Made by a program: the position numbers and the translations under genes
Shown here: one piece after another, positions 1 to 12,082 of the stretch
Position numbering within the stretch: position 1 is the stretch's first letter
Layout: the number at the start of each line of letters is the position of its first letter
Assembly: GCF_001194135.2 (NCBI RefSeq)
Contig: NC_068983.1
Coordinates: forward strand, 131,785,011 to 131,849,010
Direction of reading: 5' to 3'
Length of the DNA: 64,000 bases
Origin: Octopus bimaculoides
Taxonomy: Eukaryota
The notes under the pieces: model-generated
The model's database searches: none
What the model saw: the letters and a program-made list of their open reading frames with translations, nothing else
What the model was told of the DNA's origin: nothing

Positions 1-51
<51 letters not shown>

Positions 52-70
52 CACACACACGACAGGTTAT

Positions 71-220
71 TTTCAGTTTCTGCCTACCAAATCCACTCAT
101 AAGGCTCTAGTCGGCCTGAGGCTATAGTTGAAGAAACTTGTCCAAGGTGTCACGTAGTGAGTCTGAAACCGGAACCATGTGGTTGGGAGGCAAGCTTCTT
201 AACACACAGCCACGCCTGCG
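71..220 (-). mobile_element. tRNA-derived SINE family A, 5' half (CORE-like SINE)
   Basis: Reverse complement reads GCAGGCGTGGCTGTGTGTTAAGAAGCTTGCCTCCCAACCACATGGTTCCGGTTTCAG..ACACCTTGGACAAG, with A/B-box-like motifs. It matches the copies at 29318, 31670 and 38712 in this window. Confidence 0.85.
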
Positions 221-234
221 GTATATGTTCTTTT

Positions 235-635
235 TCTCTTGTTCTTTTACTGTGGTCGTGCTGGGGTGCAACATTGAAGTTTTTAGTCGAACAAATTGTC
301 TCCAGTACTTATTTACTTCTTTCAAGCCCAACACTTAGTCTATCGGAATATTTTGTGGCTTCAGTAAATTGCAGAGGCGTAAACAAACCAATACCGGTTT
401 TCAAGACTAACACAAAGTCACACATACGTAGATATAAAAAAAACAAAAACGCACACACACAGACACATGTACACAAACACACGCGGGCGCACGCACACAT
501 GATTGGTTTCTTTCAATTTTTGTCTGCCCAATCAATTCACAATACTTTGGTCGTGCAGAGGCTATAGTATCAGACATGTAGTGAGGCTGGACTCGGAACC
601 ATGCTGTTGAGATGCTAACATCTTGACACCTACGC
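235..635 (-). mobile_element. Degraded near-full-length SINE family A copy with internal (CA)n
   Basis: Same motif order as the copy at 29318-29718 (tail, GTCGA..., CA repeat, GGCTATAG, GGAACCATG), inverted. Confidence 0.65.
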
Positions 636-913
636 ATATGTATATAAGTGTATAGAATACATTTATCAAATGTAACATCTAACTTTTGGTACTGATCGTA
701 ACAAGAAATTCTTTTGTCTAATAATTCCTTAAATGTTAAACTTTTATTTATATTTACCACATGAAGATAAAAACAATATATATCTCACATAATAGCATAC
801 CTCTTTTACTCTCAGGTAATCTCTCTTTCTCTTTCTGTCTGTCTCGCTCTCTCCTTCCTTCCTCTATTTCTCTCTATGTATATGTGTGTGTATATGTGTA
901 TGTTTCTGTGAAG

Positions 914-1042
<129 letters not shown>

Positions 1043-1605
1043 CATACACACACATATACTCACGCATAAACATACGGGAATGAACTTGTGATCTTGACAG
1101 GTCACTTAGAATGAATAAAATCAGATCTAAATGTCTGAGAGGCAGTATTTTGAATTTATAACCGTGAATTAAAGAAAATATATATTGTTTCGTCAAACAG
1201 CTGTGACAGGGATTGGAGAAGAGTGTGTGATTCGGTTGATTAAATGGAGAACTAGGCAGGCGGAGAGATCTGTAAGTACACAAATGGTAGGACAGACTAT
1301 GGTGATGGAGAAGATGAAGTGTGCACAGTGACAAAACGGTAAAGGTGGAGGATGCCATTTTAAATTCTATTGGTGATAGTGATACATGAATAGTCATTAA
1401 GAAATAGCGAGTATAATCTTAGTGGAGATGTCGACAATGAGAGTGTGAGCGGGATTTTGGTGCTGATGGCTAGGGGTCGAATGTGGGAAAGACCTGATAG
1501 GTGAAGGAGGTTGTTGGCGGAGGCGGACCAAGGGGTGTTGGTTAAGGAAGTGTGAGTAATGTGATTGAAGACTAAGAAACACAGACATAGTACAATCGTA
1601 GATAT

Positions 1606-1680
<75 letters not shown>

Positions 1681-2229
1681 AGTAAAAATAAATACAAAAA
1701 AGGTGGGTTTTTTTGTATGATTGTGTATAGAGGAATATATTATTTTGCTTAAAAGAGTTCCAATACTGTCTGTTTTTTATGTTTTATTTATATTCCTGCA
1801 GAACTAATGTGGGGTATAGAATATGGAATATACAATATATAATATGATATACAATATANNNNNNNNNNNNNNNNNNNNNNNNNNNNNNNNNNNNNNNNNN
1901 NNNNNNNNNNNNNNNNNNNNNNNNNNNNNNNNNNNNNNNNNNNNNNNNNNNNNNNNNNNNNNNNNNNNNNNNNNNNNNNNNNNNNNNNNNNNNNNNNNNN
2001 NNNNNNNNNNNNNNNNNNNNNNNNNNNNNNNNNNNNNNNNNNNNNNNNNNNNNNNNNNNNNNNNNNNNNNNNNNNNNNNNNNNNNNNNNNNNNNNNNNNN
2101 NNNNNNNNNNNNNNNNNNNNNNNNNNNNNNNNNNNNNNNNNNNNNNNNNNNNNNNNNNNNNNNNNNNNNNNNNNNNNNNNNNNNNNNNNNNNNNNNNNNN
2201 NNNNNNNNNNNNNNNNNNNNNNNNNNNNG

Positions 2230-2640
2230 ATGGATTTAATCATTGTTTGTTAAGAGTGGGTTTGAATTTCTTAATAAAGTCCTTTTCTTTGCATTTTCTT
2301 TCAATTTCATTCCGGTTGTAAAGTTTATGGAATGGAAATATAATAAAAGTTTGATGACCACATGTTGCTAGATGGTTACTCAGTGGTATTTGGCGGACTT
2401 CTGGGTTTTTAATCTGTTGTCGATGTACCCGTGAGCGTTCCGATAGTGCATTACCTGTCTGGCCAACGTACAATTCTTCACAATTAGGGCATTTGATGCA
2501 GTAGATTAGATTTCTACTTTTGCAGTTCATGTTCGCATTGGTGAATATTTTCCCTGTTTTTGTGTTCATATATGGGCCGGTATGGATTGATCGGCATGTG
2601 CCGCATCGGCTATCATTGCATTTGGCTATCAAGCAAAATA
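2230..2640 (-). mobile_element. Penelope-like element (Neptune-type) GIY-YIG endonuclease, 3' end of ORF
   Basis: ORF 2240-2632: KCNDSRCGTC (Cx4CxxC linker), NLIYCIKCPNCEELYVGQTGNALSERSRVH, LSNHL, ERKCKEKDFIKKFKPTLN. This is the PLE GIY-YIG signature. Confidence 0.92.
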
Positions 2641-3012
2641 ATATATATATATATATATACGGTCACGGATTCACACACAGACACACACATACACACACAT
2701 GCAGAAATACACACAGACACGCACATATTGATACAGGGAATAGAACAAAATCCCTCTTACGCACGCGCACACACATACACATAAACGGGAAAATACGTAC
2801 ATTTGTGAATGTATGCGTGTGGCTTACAAAGACGACCTGGTTAACTCAACCAAAGAGCAAATAAGCTTGTATAAAATGTAAAAACGCGTTCCTACATCAA
2901 CCTTTTTACTGACACTGTACAGCGTCACATTCTCTATCCCCATGCACCAGCTCTATAGTGTTCATCTATTCTTTATCAACATAAAAAAGGCATTTATATA
3001 TGTATATATATA

Positions 3013-3465
3013 TGTAGGTAGTAAGTATATACACCACTCACTACACCTGATTACGCGAATCCCTACAATATTAACCCAGACGATAATAATTGTAACTAGT
3101 CACGACTTCACCTAGAGCCTGCTCTAGCAATGCTTCCATCCATTCGCGCCTTTTTCTCTGAACCTATCATTCAGTACATACCTAGCACATCTTATTTACT
3201 CGACCGAGAGCATTGACAGACACCATAAGAGACGTCGAACAGAGATAAGAGACGGCAGCTGACTCGAGCTGACACCAACCACAACGAACAATTGGCGACA
3301 GCAACACGACGACCAGCATCTACTACAATTACACCAAAAGCAATAACACTCAAACTCTCGATGTTTTGTAGTAACAATAGTATTTACCTCTTGCTTACTT
3401 GAACAATAAACATTTTGTTTTTCATAAATCTCAACAGCTTTTGTCGTCTACTTCTTCGTAAGACA
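3013..3465 (+). mobile_element. Possible solo LTR
   Basis: About 450 bp, TGTAGG start, AATAAA near 3405, ends ..CGTAAGACA; more CpG-rich than its flanks. No TSD seen. Confidence 0.35.
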
Positions 3466-3985
3466 CACACACACACGCATAAGCACACACACACACACAC
3501 ACACACAAACATACACACAACACACTAACACATTAAGCTAGCGTTAATTTATATCGAGTATCAGTTTCCACAACCAATTTAATGTGGATGTGTTATTTTA
3601 AACGCCTTAAGCTCTGTAATTCTCGTTAGAATTCAACTTGCAGAGACTTAAGGTGCTAAATTGCACACATTATATCGGCAGACAGAATTGTATCAACACC
3701 GGTGGATGTGTTTATTATCATACGTTACAAACGCTGATTCCGTCGTTAATTGCCAATTTTAATACACATCCCACTCAAGACAAGCATATTAAGGATCAGT
3801 AGAACAGTACATTTTGAACTGTTTACAAGGAAAGGGAAAAACTTAAGCTTAATATTTAGGAAACACATCCAATTCTATGAGATACATTAATCAAATAAAC
3901 TTCTTATTAATAGTAAAACATTAAAAAGAAAAATAATTAGATTAAATTTTAAAATGTTATATATATATATATATATATACACACA

Positions 3986-4223
3986 CAAGACGAGTGCTGA
4001 AAGGTTCCTGACTTTAAGAGTATCGCGAAAGGCTTCGTTGGAGACCCAACCTTCTGAGTTCTATTACCGGGCTTAGCTAATAAAAAAAAAACTGAAGGAC
4101 CCCTGCAATAAGTGTGTGAATCTGAGAGAGGTATATGTTGAATAAAATCACAATTAACTGAATAACTGATCCACCTGTGTATTCTTTTATTCAAGGTCAG
4201 GAACTTTCCAGCCTCACCCCTAG
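3986..4223. mobile_element. Mariner-derived MITE
   Basis: Left end GTGCTGAAAGGTTCCTGAC and right end GGTCAGGAACTTTCCAGC..CCCCTAG-TA are imperfect inverted repeats; TA at the right end. Confidence 0.75.
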
Positions 4224-5093
4224 TATATATATATATATANNNNNNNNNNNNNNNNNNNNNNNNNNNNNNNNNNNNNNNNNNNNNNNNNNNNNNNNNNNNN
4301 NNNNNNNNNNNNNNNNNNNNNNNNNNNNNNNNNNNNNNNNNNNNNNNNNNNNNNNNNNNNNNNNNNNNNNNNNNNNNNNNNNNNNNNNNNNNNNNNNNNN
4401 NNNNNNNNNNNNNNNNNNNNNNNNNNNNNNNNNNNNNNNNNNNNNNNNNNNNNNNNNNNNNNNNNNNNNNNNNNNNNNNNNNNNNNNNNNNNNNNNNNNN
4501 NNNNNNNNNNNNNNNNNNNNNNNNNNNNNNNNNNNNNNNNNNNNNNNNNNNNNNNNNNNNNNNNNNNNNNNNNNNNNNNNNNNNNNNNNNNNNNNNNNNN
4601 NNNNNNNNNNNNNNNNNNNNNNNNNNNNNNNNNNNNNNNNNNNNNNNNNNNNNNNNNNNNNNNNNNNNNNNNNNNNNNNNNNNNNNNNNNNNNNNNNNNN
4701 NNNNNNNNNNNNNNNNNNNNNNNNNNNNNNNNNNNNNNNNNNNNNNNNNNNNNNNNNNNNNNNNNNNNNNNNNNNNNNNNNNNNNNNNNNNNNNNNNNNN
4801 NNNNNNNNNNNNNNNNNNNNNNNNNNNNNNNNNNNNNNNNNNNNNNNNNNNNNNNNNNNNNNNNNNNNNNNNNNNNNNNNNNNNNNNNNNNNNNNNNNNN
4901 NNNNNNNNNNNNNNNNNNNNNNNNNNNNNNNNNNNNNNNNNNNNNNNNNNNNNNNNNNNNNNNNNNNNNNNNNNNNNNNNNNNNNNNNNNNNNNNNNNNN
5001 NNNNNNNNNNNNNNNNNNNNNNNNNNNNNNNNNNNNNNNNNNNNNNNNNNNNNNNNNNNNNNNNNNNNNNNNNNNNNNNNNNNNNNNNNNNNN

Positions 5094-5131
<38 letters not shown>

Positions 5132-5132
5132 G

Positions 5133-5830
5133 CTAAACACACCAGGGTCAATAGAATCCCGTAAAAACCATCATACTCCTAAGTCCGGCACGTGCTTCCT
5201 AAAGCTACCACACTTTCAGGACAGAACTACCGCAGCGATACAACACGCAGGCAGTAAATAGTGCACACCGACCCTTCCCTGAGAAAAGTTCCGTCCAAGA
5301 ACAACACCTTTCACTATTCAGAGGAGTGCAAATTATCGTACTGCCCCATCAATGACCGTGAATTGTGCCAGAGGATCTATGTTGTATACAAGATCATCTG
5401 TGGTAAATGTGGTGCATCCTACATAGGAATCACAAGAAGAAAACTTCATATACGTATAAAACATGCAAGCAGACACTCCCGTGAAGAAACATCTACGGAA
5501 ATACCAAACCTAGGAATTAGCAGTGCACATCAGGACAACACAGCAGAACAGGGGCAACCTTAACATCTCTGAGGCCACCCTCATACACCAAAGAAAACAA
5601 AACATCAACAATGGAAGAGAGTTACAGAGAGCTAGCTGGTTGCTATAGCAACGCCATTCCGCGCATGTCCACTCCACACGCACACACATCGGCAACATTC
5701 GTCAGCTTCTTGAAAATGATGCCATGATCCCGAAATATTGAATGCAAGGTAAGTGTACAATAATTCATATATTTGTTTTCTAGGGATTTGCTTTGCATTT
5801 ACTTCACATCGTTCTGACCATACCCACGAT
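5133..5830 (+). mobile_element. Penelope-like element (Poseidon/Penelope-type) thumb and GIY-YIG fragment with 3' region
   Basis: VVYKIICGKCGASYIGITRRKLHIRIK in ORF 5261-5563; upstream frame gives FLKLPHF (LPY-like thumb motif). Confidence 0.8.
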
Positions 5831-6478
5831 CTTTTCTACAATATATTCTACAAAATGCTTCATAATAATTATTCCAATATGGTATGTATATATACATATA
5901 TNNNNNNNNNNNNNNNNNNNNNNNNNNNNNNNNNNNNNNNNNNNNNNNNNNNNNNNNNNNNNNNNNNNNNNNNNNNNNNNNNNNNNNNNNNNNNNNNNNN
6001 NNNNNNNNNNNNNNNNNNNNNNNNNNNNNNNNNNNNNNNNNNNNNNNNNNNNNNNNNNNNNNNNNNNNNNNNNNNNNNNNNNNNNNNNNNNNNNNNNNNN
6101 NNNNNNNNNNNNNNNNNNNNNNNNNNNNNNNNNNNNNNNNNNNNNNNNNNNNNNNNNNNNNNNNNNNNNNNNNNNNNNNNNNNNNNNNNNNNNNNNNNNN
6201 NNNNNNNNNNNNNNNNNNNNNNNNNNNNNNNNNNNNNNNNNNNNNNNNNNNNNNNNNNNNNNNNNNNNNNNNNNNNNNNNNNNNNNNNNNNNNNNNNNNN
6301 NNNNNNNNNNNNNNNNNNNNNNNNNNNNNNNNNNNNNNNNNNNNNNNNNNNNNNNNNNNNNNNNNNNNNNNNNNNNNNNNNNNNNNTATATATATATGCA
6401 TATATGTATGTGCGTGCGTGCGCATGTGTGCATGTATGTGTGCGTGTGTGTGTGTATGCATATTTGGATAAGGGCACT

Positions 6479-6528
<50 letters not shown>

Positions 6529-7829
6529 AATATATATATATACATACAAATACGTTTACATGCAGACAAATACGCATACAGTAACTTACGGAATAACTGA
6601 CAGAACGAAATACCATTAGATGGAAGCAATTTCTATGAAACAACTATATTACAGACAAATATTTGAAAATATACAATATATAACAAAGAACTTCAATAAA
6701 ATGTTATATTTTGCTTGCATATCTGACGCGAATAATTTCTAAATATCAAAGTTTGTATGAAATATATTCTCTATTAATCATTTCTTTCATGTTCTAATGC
6801 TATAGTTTTAAATAATAAAAGTTTAACCTGTCAGGAGCCAATATTAAAGTAAGCTCTTTGCTGAAAGCTGGAATTTGTTCAAATAGAAGCTACGTCTCCT
6901 CAAAATTATAATCTACCACCTTCGATAAGGATACAAGAAATTAGCCCAAAACATTTAAAAACTGATGGCTTCGCTGGGGAGAGCATGTCTTTTGTCAGCG
7001 TTGATTTGATGCTACACTAAAAATTAAATACATCGAACGATTAGGTTTGTAGACGTTTTGAAGATAGAAGTCAAATCTCTACAAAATGATATCCTCTCTT
7101 CTATGAGAAAAGGACATGTTGCATAACGTAATTGTCGGTAGACATTGGCATTGTATATAACAGATGTAATGTGTGTTTTTACTACTAATAATAGTTGTTA
7201 CAGAGGAAACAAACAACGACTGCAACAACACCACTGCATCCAGATAGGTTAAAATATTATCTTTTGAAACAAAAGTATTATAGCATGAAAGGAATAATTA
7301 ATGGAGAATATATTTTATACAAACTTTGATATTTAGATATTATCCGAGCCAAATTTGCAAGCAATATATACATTGATAGGTGGAATCAGTCACTGCAGAA
7401 CAACTACACTATATGCATTCATAACCGATGACTGTACAATCACTGCCAAATATCATGTACATCTACATTACATCTAGAATACTCAGTAACAATGAAATCA
7501 TAGAAACTAAGTTTTAGTAGATCATAAAAGTGTCATATACAAGTAAGTATCAAGGTCATTAATGACCCATTAAACTCAATGTCCGTACGAAGATTGTACA
7601 TCAATGAAAATCTCAGGGTCAGCAGAGTCCAAATTAAACGGTGGCAAGTCATATTTGGAAGAATTAATCCGTGGTTCACTTTTAGACTATTGGCCGATTC
7701 CTGACCGTATAAGTGCTAAAAAAAACCTGCCAAATGTCTCTCAACTTATACCATAAGATCAACTATAATTGACAATGTAATTCTCATTATATAATGATTT
7801 CAAATTTTGGCACGAGATCAGCAATGTTA

Positions 7830-7996
7830 AAGGATTGGGTTAATCGATTATATTGATCCCTGTGCTCGACTGGTACTTACAACCCAGATGGATAACAAGT
7901 AAAGTCGACCTCGATGGAATTTGAACTCAAAAGGTATCGACATGCCGCTAAGAATTTTGCTCGAAATACTAAAGATTTTGCCAGTCGGCCGTCTTA
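7830..7996 (-). mobile_element. tRNA-derived SINE family B (Meta-domain-like)
   Basis: CTGGTACTTA..AAAGTCGACCTCG..AATTTGAACTCA..ATGCCGCTAAG..TGCCAG, shared with about 12 other copies in the window. Confidence 0.8.
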
Positions 7997-8139
7997 TATT
8001 CAGATTATATTATCTAACGAAAAGACATTCATCACAAGAAAAAGAATTGAGTAAAGTTCCATTGCATGACCTTTGTTTCCACAATCAGCACAGATGTTTC
8101 AGCGAAACAACATGAAGAACGACGACAAAGCTTTGAAAG

Positions 8140-8305
8140 ATATTGGTTTCAAATATTGGCACAGGGTCCTTTACCTCGACCGACAGTATTCAGCTGGTAT
8201 TTATCTTAGCGTTCACGAAGGGACCGAAACGAAAATCGATCCTGTCGGAAGGTGAGGACGGTCAAAATGCCGATAAGCATTTCGATTCCACCGGCTCTCT
8301 ACCTA
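8140..8305 (-). mobile_element. Degraded SINE family B
   Basis: CAGCTGGTATTTAT..AAAATCGATCC..GGACGGTCAAAATGCCGATAAGCATTT. Confidence 0.5.
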
Positions 8306-9981
8306 AAATCATAAAAAAATACAGCACCTATTTAAAAAAAAAAACTATAATATTGAGTGGCACAATGCGTAAACCATTACACAAAATACGTCTTTTTACT
8401 TTCATAGTTCGAATTGAATTGGTGGCTATTTTGTTCCTTCTAGCATTAATAAAATCAGCAGAGAAAAATAATTTATGCATCACATTCTGCCATTATACCC
8501 TGATTTCATTGACTTATATGAAACACACTTTATCTTTACACAATACTGAACATGGATTTAGTTTTTCTAAGGACAAAATGCAATATATTTTGGAGGTTTA
8601 TTATGGAAAGTTGTGTTTTTCTTTTCTCCAAAGTCATTATACAGCGTAACACCATTTTCATCCTTGGGTAGCAACTACTATTTCCTATTTGCTTACGCCT
8701 AAAAAGTATGGAAAATGACTATTTCCTTCCAACTTTGCTTTTGTTACATTCATTAAAATCCCTAAGAATCCCCCTCTCAACATATGGCTATGATGCTCCT
8801 CTAATACTCCTGCTCATGATCAGAGATGCTCAAATGGTTAAGGTCAAGCAACTGACAAGCAAATATGTAGTATTGAGCAGAATATTTGCTATAACGATAT
8901 TTCTGCTTCAGCAACTCAGCACTGAATCTGCCTGAAATGTAATGGAAAATAAAACAGTCTCAAAATTAATGATGCCCAGGTCACAAAACCAAATTTTGAA
9001 GTGAAGAGTAGTCATCTCTTTTGATTTCTAGATAGAACCAAATAGGAAATAACATTTACTGACAAAAGACAAAACAAAAATTTAAGATTTTGTTACACAG
9101 TGTTATTAACGATGTAAAACCCATGAACCTCAATCATATCTCCCACACAGTTAAGTCCAGTTCTGCGACACAACGGTTTATATCTCATATAAACTTATTT
9201 AGTTTTCTCATTGACACACGTTCAAGCACAGTATGTTCGAGGTAGTTGAGGTAGGCTTTAATATTCAAATTTGAACCCGTGTATGAATGAGGAAATAAAA
9301 AGTGAAGTGTGATTTGAATTCAAAATTGAACGAAAGAAAGTACATACTCTATTCGAAGACGTATTAATACAGTATCCTACGATCTTTGCCAACTCCGCCG
9401 CCTGAAAAGAGGAGCAAAAAAGAGACGACTATAAAAAATGTCATATGGACAAGTGTATATAGCTATATCTCTTCAAGTGTACGTAATGATTCTGATTTTG
9501 TCTTGAAGCATATGGAAAATTATCTATTTTGATATCATAGTTCTTTCGATATAACTTTGTTTGCAAATAAATTATTGGATTTCTGTGAGAGGTTGTTTGC
9601 ATCTATTTATCGCGCAACAATAAACTTATTGAAGAGAATATGAGAAAACGTGCACAAATACACTAAATCTTTTAGATTCTATAGCAAATAAGTCACACTA
9701 GTATTACAAATAGCAATAATAAAAAGAGAATATGTGCTCAGTTATTTGAAACCAAACATGATCTATATTGATATTACAATTATTATAACAAGTATTGAAG
9801 CCTGTAACGGCGAACATGTTACATTGGCTCTGTGGAAAATATTTGAAAGTCATAAACGACCTTTTTTTATTTGTCAATAGCATTCTAAGCACGCATTAAG
9901 CACTCCGTGTATTTTCTCTTTCTTCCCCTATAGGTATTTGTTTATTAATCTATCTGTCTCCACTCTGGTGGCAACGCTCAA

Positions 9982-10040
<59 letters not shown>

Positions 10041-10299
10041 AATGTAGAACTATAATACATACACACACACACGTATATATATATCAGTGCGTGTGAGAGC
10101 GCGTGACATGTGTGTAGTTATCAACGATTTGCATTAAGCGATGCCTTACTGGAAAAGTTAGATCCACTTTGAGCATGTCTCTTCTTGAGAAGAAAAATGG
10201 TAATGGTGAATCTGTATATCCAAATATTTTAAATATGTAAAATGATTTTGTGTATAAAAATGTATTAAGAACAAATAATAGTTACACAAGAACAAGTAT

Positions 10300-10733
10300 A
10301 TTCTTTTCAACTCTAGGTATTGGGTTGACTGGAAAGTTCGTGCCGATTTCTAAAGGAAAGAAAAAGGTCAATAAATACTTGCCATTACCTTTTTAATCAA
10401 CTAAATATGAACCATTTTGTTGCATAAGGCGTCTCTATATTTCCTTTAACTTGAAAATACCCTCTTCCCAGAATTGAGGTGGTTTCATAGCAAATAAGTC
10501 GAAAAGTAAGCTACAATAAATCGGCACGAACTTTCCGGACAACACAATACAAGGCCCCAAACTTTTGGGGAGGGCCAGTCGATTAGATCAAATGCTACTT
10601 AATTTACTGATCCCAAAGGAATGAAAAGGAAAGTCGACCTCGGCCGAATTTGAACTCAGAACGTTAAAGACAGACGAAATGCCTGTAACCATTTCACCCG
10701 CCGTGCTGACGCTTCTGCCAGCTCACCGACTTA
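10300..10733 (-). mobile_element. SINE family B, interrupted in its tail by a mariner MITE
   Basis: Tail TTCTTTTCAACTCTAGGTA | MITE | TACAAGGCC.. rejoins to the consensus AGGTACAAGGCC seen at about 14935 and 45106. Confidence 0.85.
10320..10547 (-). mobile_element. Mariner MITE retaining the transposase C-terminus
   Basis: TA-TTGGGTTGACTGGAAAGTTCGTGCCGATTT ... AAATCGGCACGAACTTTCCGGACAACACAA-TA. Interior on the minus strand translates FAMKPPQFWEEGIFKLKEI*RRLMQQNGSYLVD*. Confidence 0.92.
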
Positions 10734-11240
10734 CGAGAACAACTCTATTAATTAAGATCAATTTTCATTTACCGCTCATTTCTAAAAAAAGAAACGGTGT
10801 GTAATTATAGAGTGCTTTGAAACCATCTAGTCTGGGTTCACTCTTACTTCATAGTATTTTGGAGTAGTATAACTTACTAAAACCTCAATTTGATGAATAC
10901 TTTTTACATAAAAAAAACATATAAAAACATACACAATACACACATAAAAACACACCTAAAACACACAAGACACGCATATCCACAAACACACACATCGTAC
11001 ACATATCATTTATAGTTATATCTTGAAATACAAATAATGCCGTGTCTCTTCGATATATAAATGTATTTTCCCATGGATGGCTGATTAGCCAAGCCATAAG
11101 CATGTGAATATTTTGCGTGTAATTTTTCATTTAAATCTACTAATAAATACTGAATTGCTCCACTGTGAATATGAATACATGCAAACACATATATGTGAGC
11201 ACATTTGCCCCTGTGTGTATGGCTGTGTTTGTGTGTGTGA

Positions 11241-11326
<86 letters not shown>

Positions 11327-11924
11327 TTACACTAATGTGGAACGAGGAAAGGTATACTCAAATAGGATTGTCCTTTATTTATGTCCCAAAGATATATTTC
11401 CCATTATGTCAACATCGACTTAATATTTTGTACATTTCTAAAACGATGAAATAAATATCCAACATAGTATTGAAATTGATTAAAAATCCATTAAAAGGTT
11501 TGTCGCTGCATCACCGCAATAACCCAAAGGAGAAGAAAAATCATTGGATTAGAAACGCTCCGAGAAAAAGATTATTTTCTTCCCAGTAAGTTTCGATTGC
11601 TGCTTTTTCTTCCGAAAAAATTGTCAAATCCGATGCAACAAATCTATCATCAAAGAATTCTGACCTTGGTAATATTTTTCTTTTGATATTCAGGACTGTG
11701 TTATCTAATGTGTTTACACTATTTTAGAATTCTAGTAAGTGATTGTGGTATGAGTTATAACTATTTCTGGCAAATAAGTAGATCGACTACTATTGCCTCA
11801 TAAAATGTGTTTATATGACGTGATGTGTTAAACGTAAGCACTCAGGTCAAGTGTTGTTTGCCTTTTAGTCGTAGATAAATCGTTTCTTCAAACGTTTAAT
11901 ACGATTTGATATTTGAATAAGTTA

Positions 11925-12082
11925 TTCTTTTCTACTGTAGGCACTAGGCCCCAAATTTTTGGAGAGGGGGCCAGTCGATTAGATCAACCCCAGCACGCAT
12001 CTGGTACGTAATTTATCGACCCCAAAGAATAAAAGGCAAAGTCGACCTCGGTAGAATTTGAACTCAGAACGTAAAGACAGAC
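11925..12082 (-). mobile_element. SINE family B lacking its 5' head
   Basis: Consensus match from the tail through GAACTCAGAACGTAAAGACAGAC, then an abrupt switch to LINE 3' end sequence. Confidence 0.85.

Noticed and set aside
1170-1610. Purine-rich block with AAACAGCTGT, possible PLE 3' UTR or hammerhead
   Set aside because: No CTGANGA box or stem II could be placed; the resemblance is too weak.
6590-6632. 43-nt minus-strand segment between TTTCATAG and GTAAGT
   Set aside because: Splice-like sites of this strength arise by chance in AT-rich DNA, and there is no recognisable peptide.
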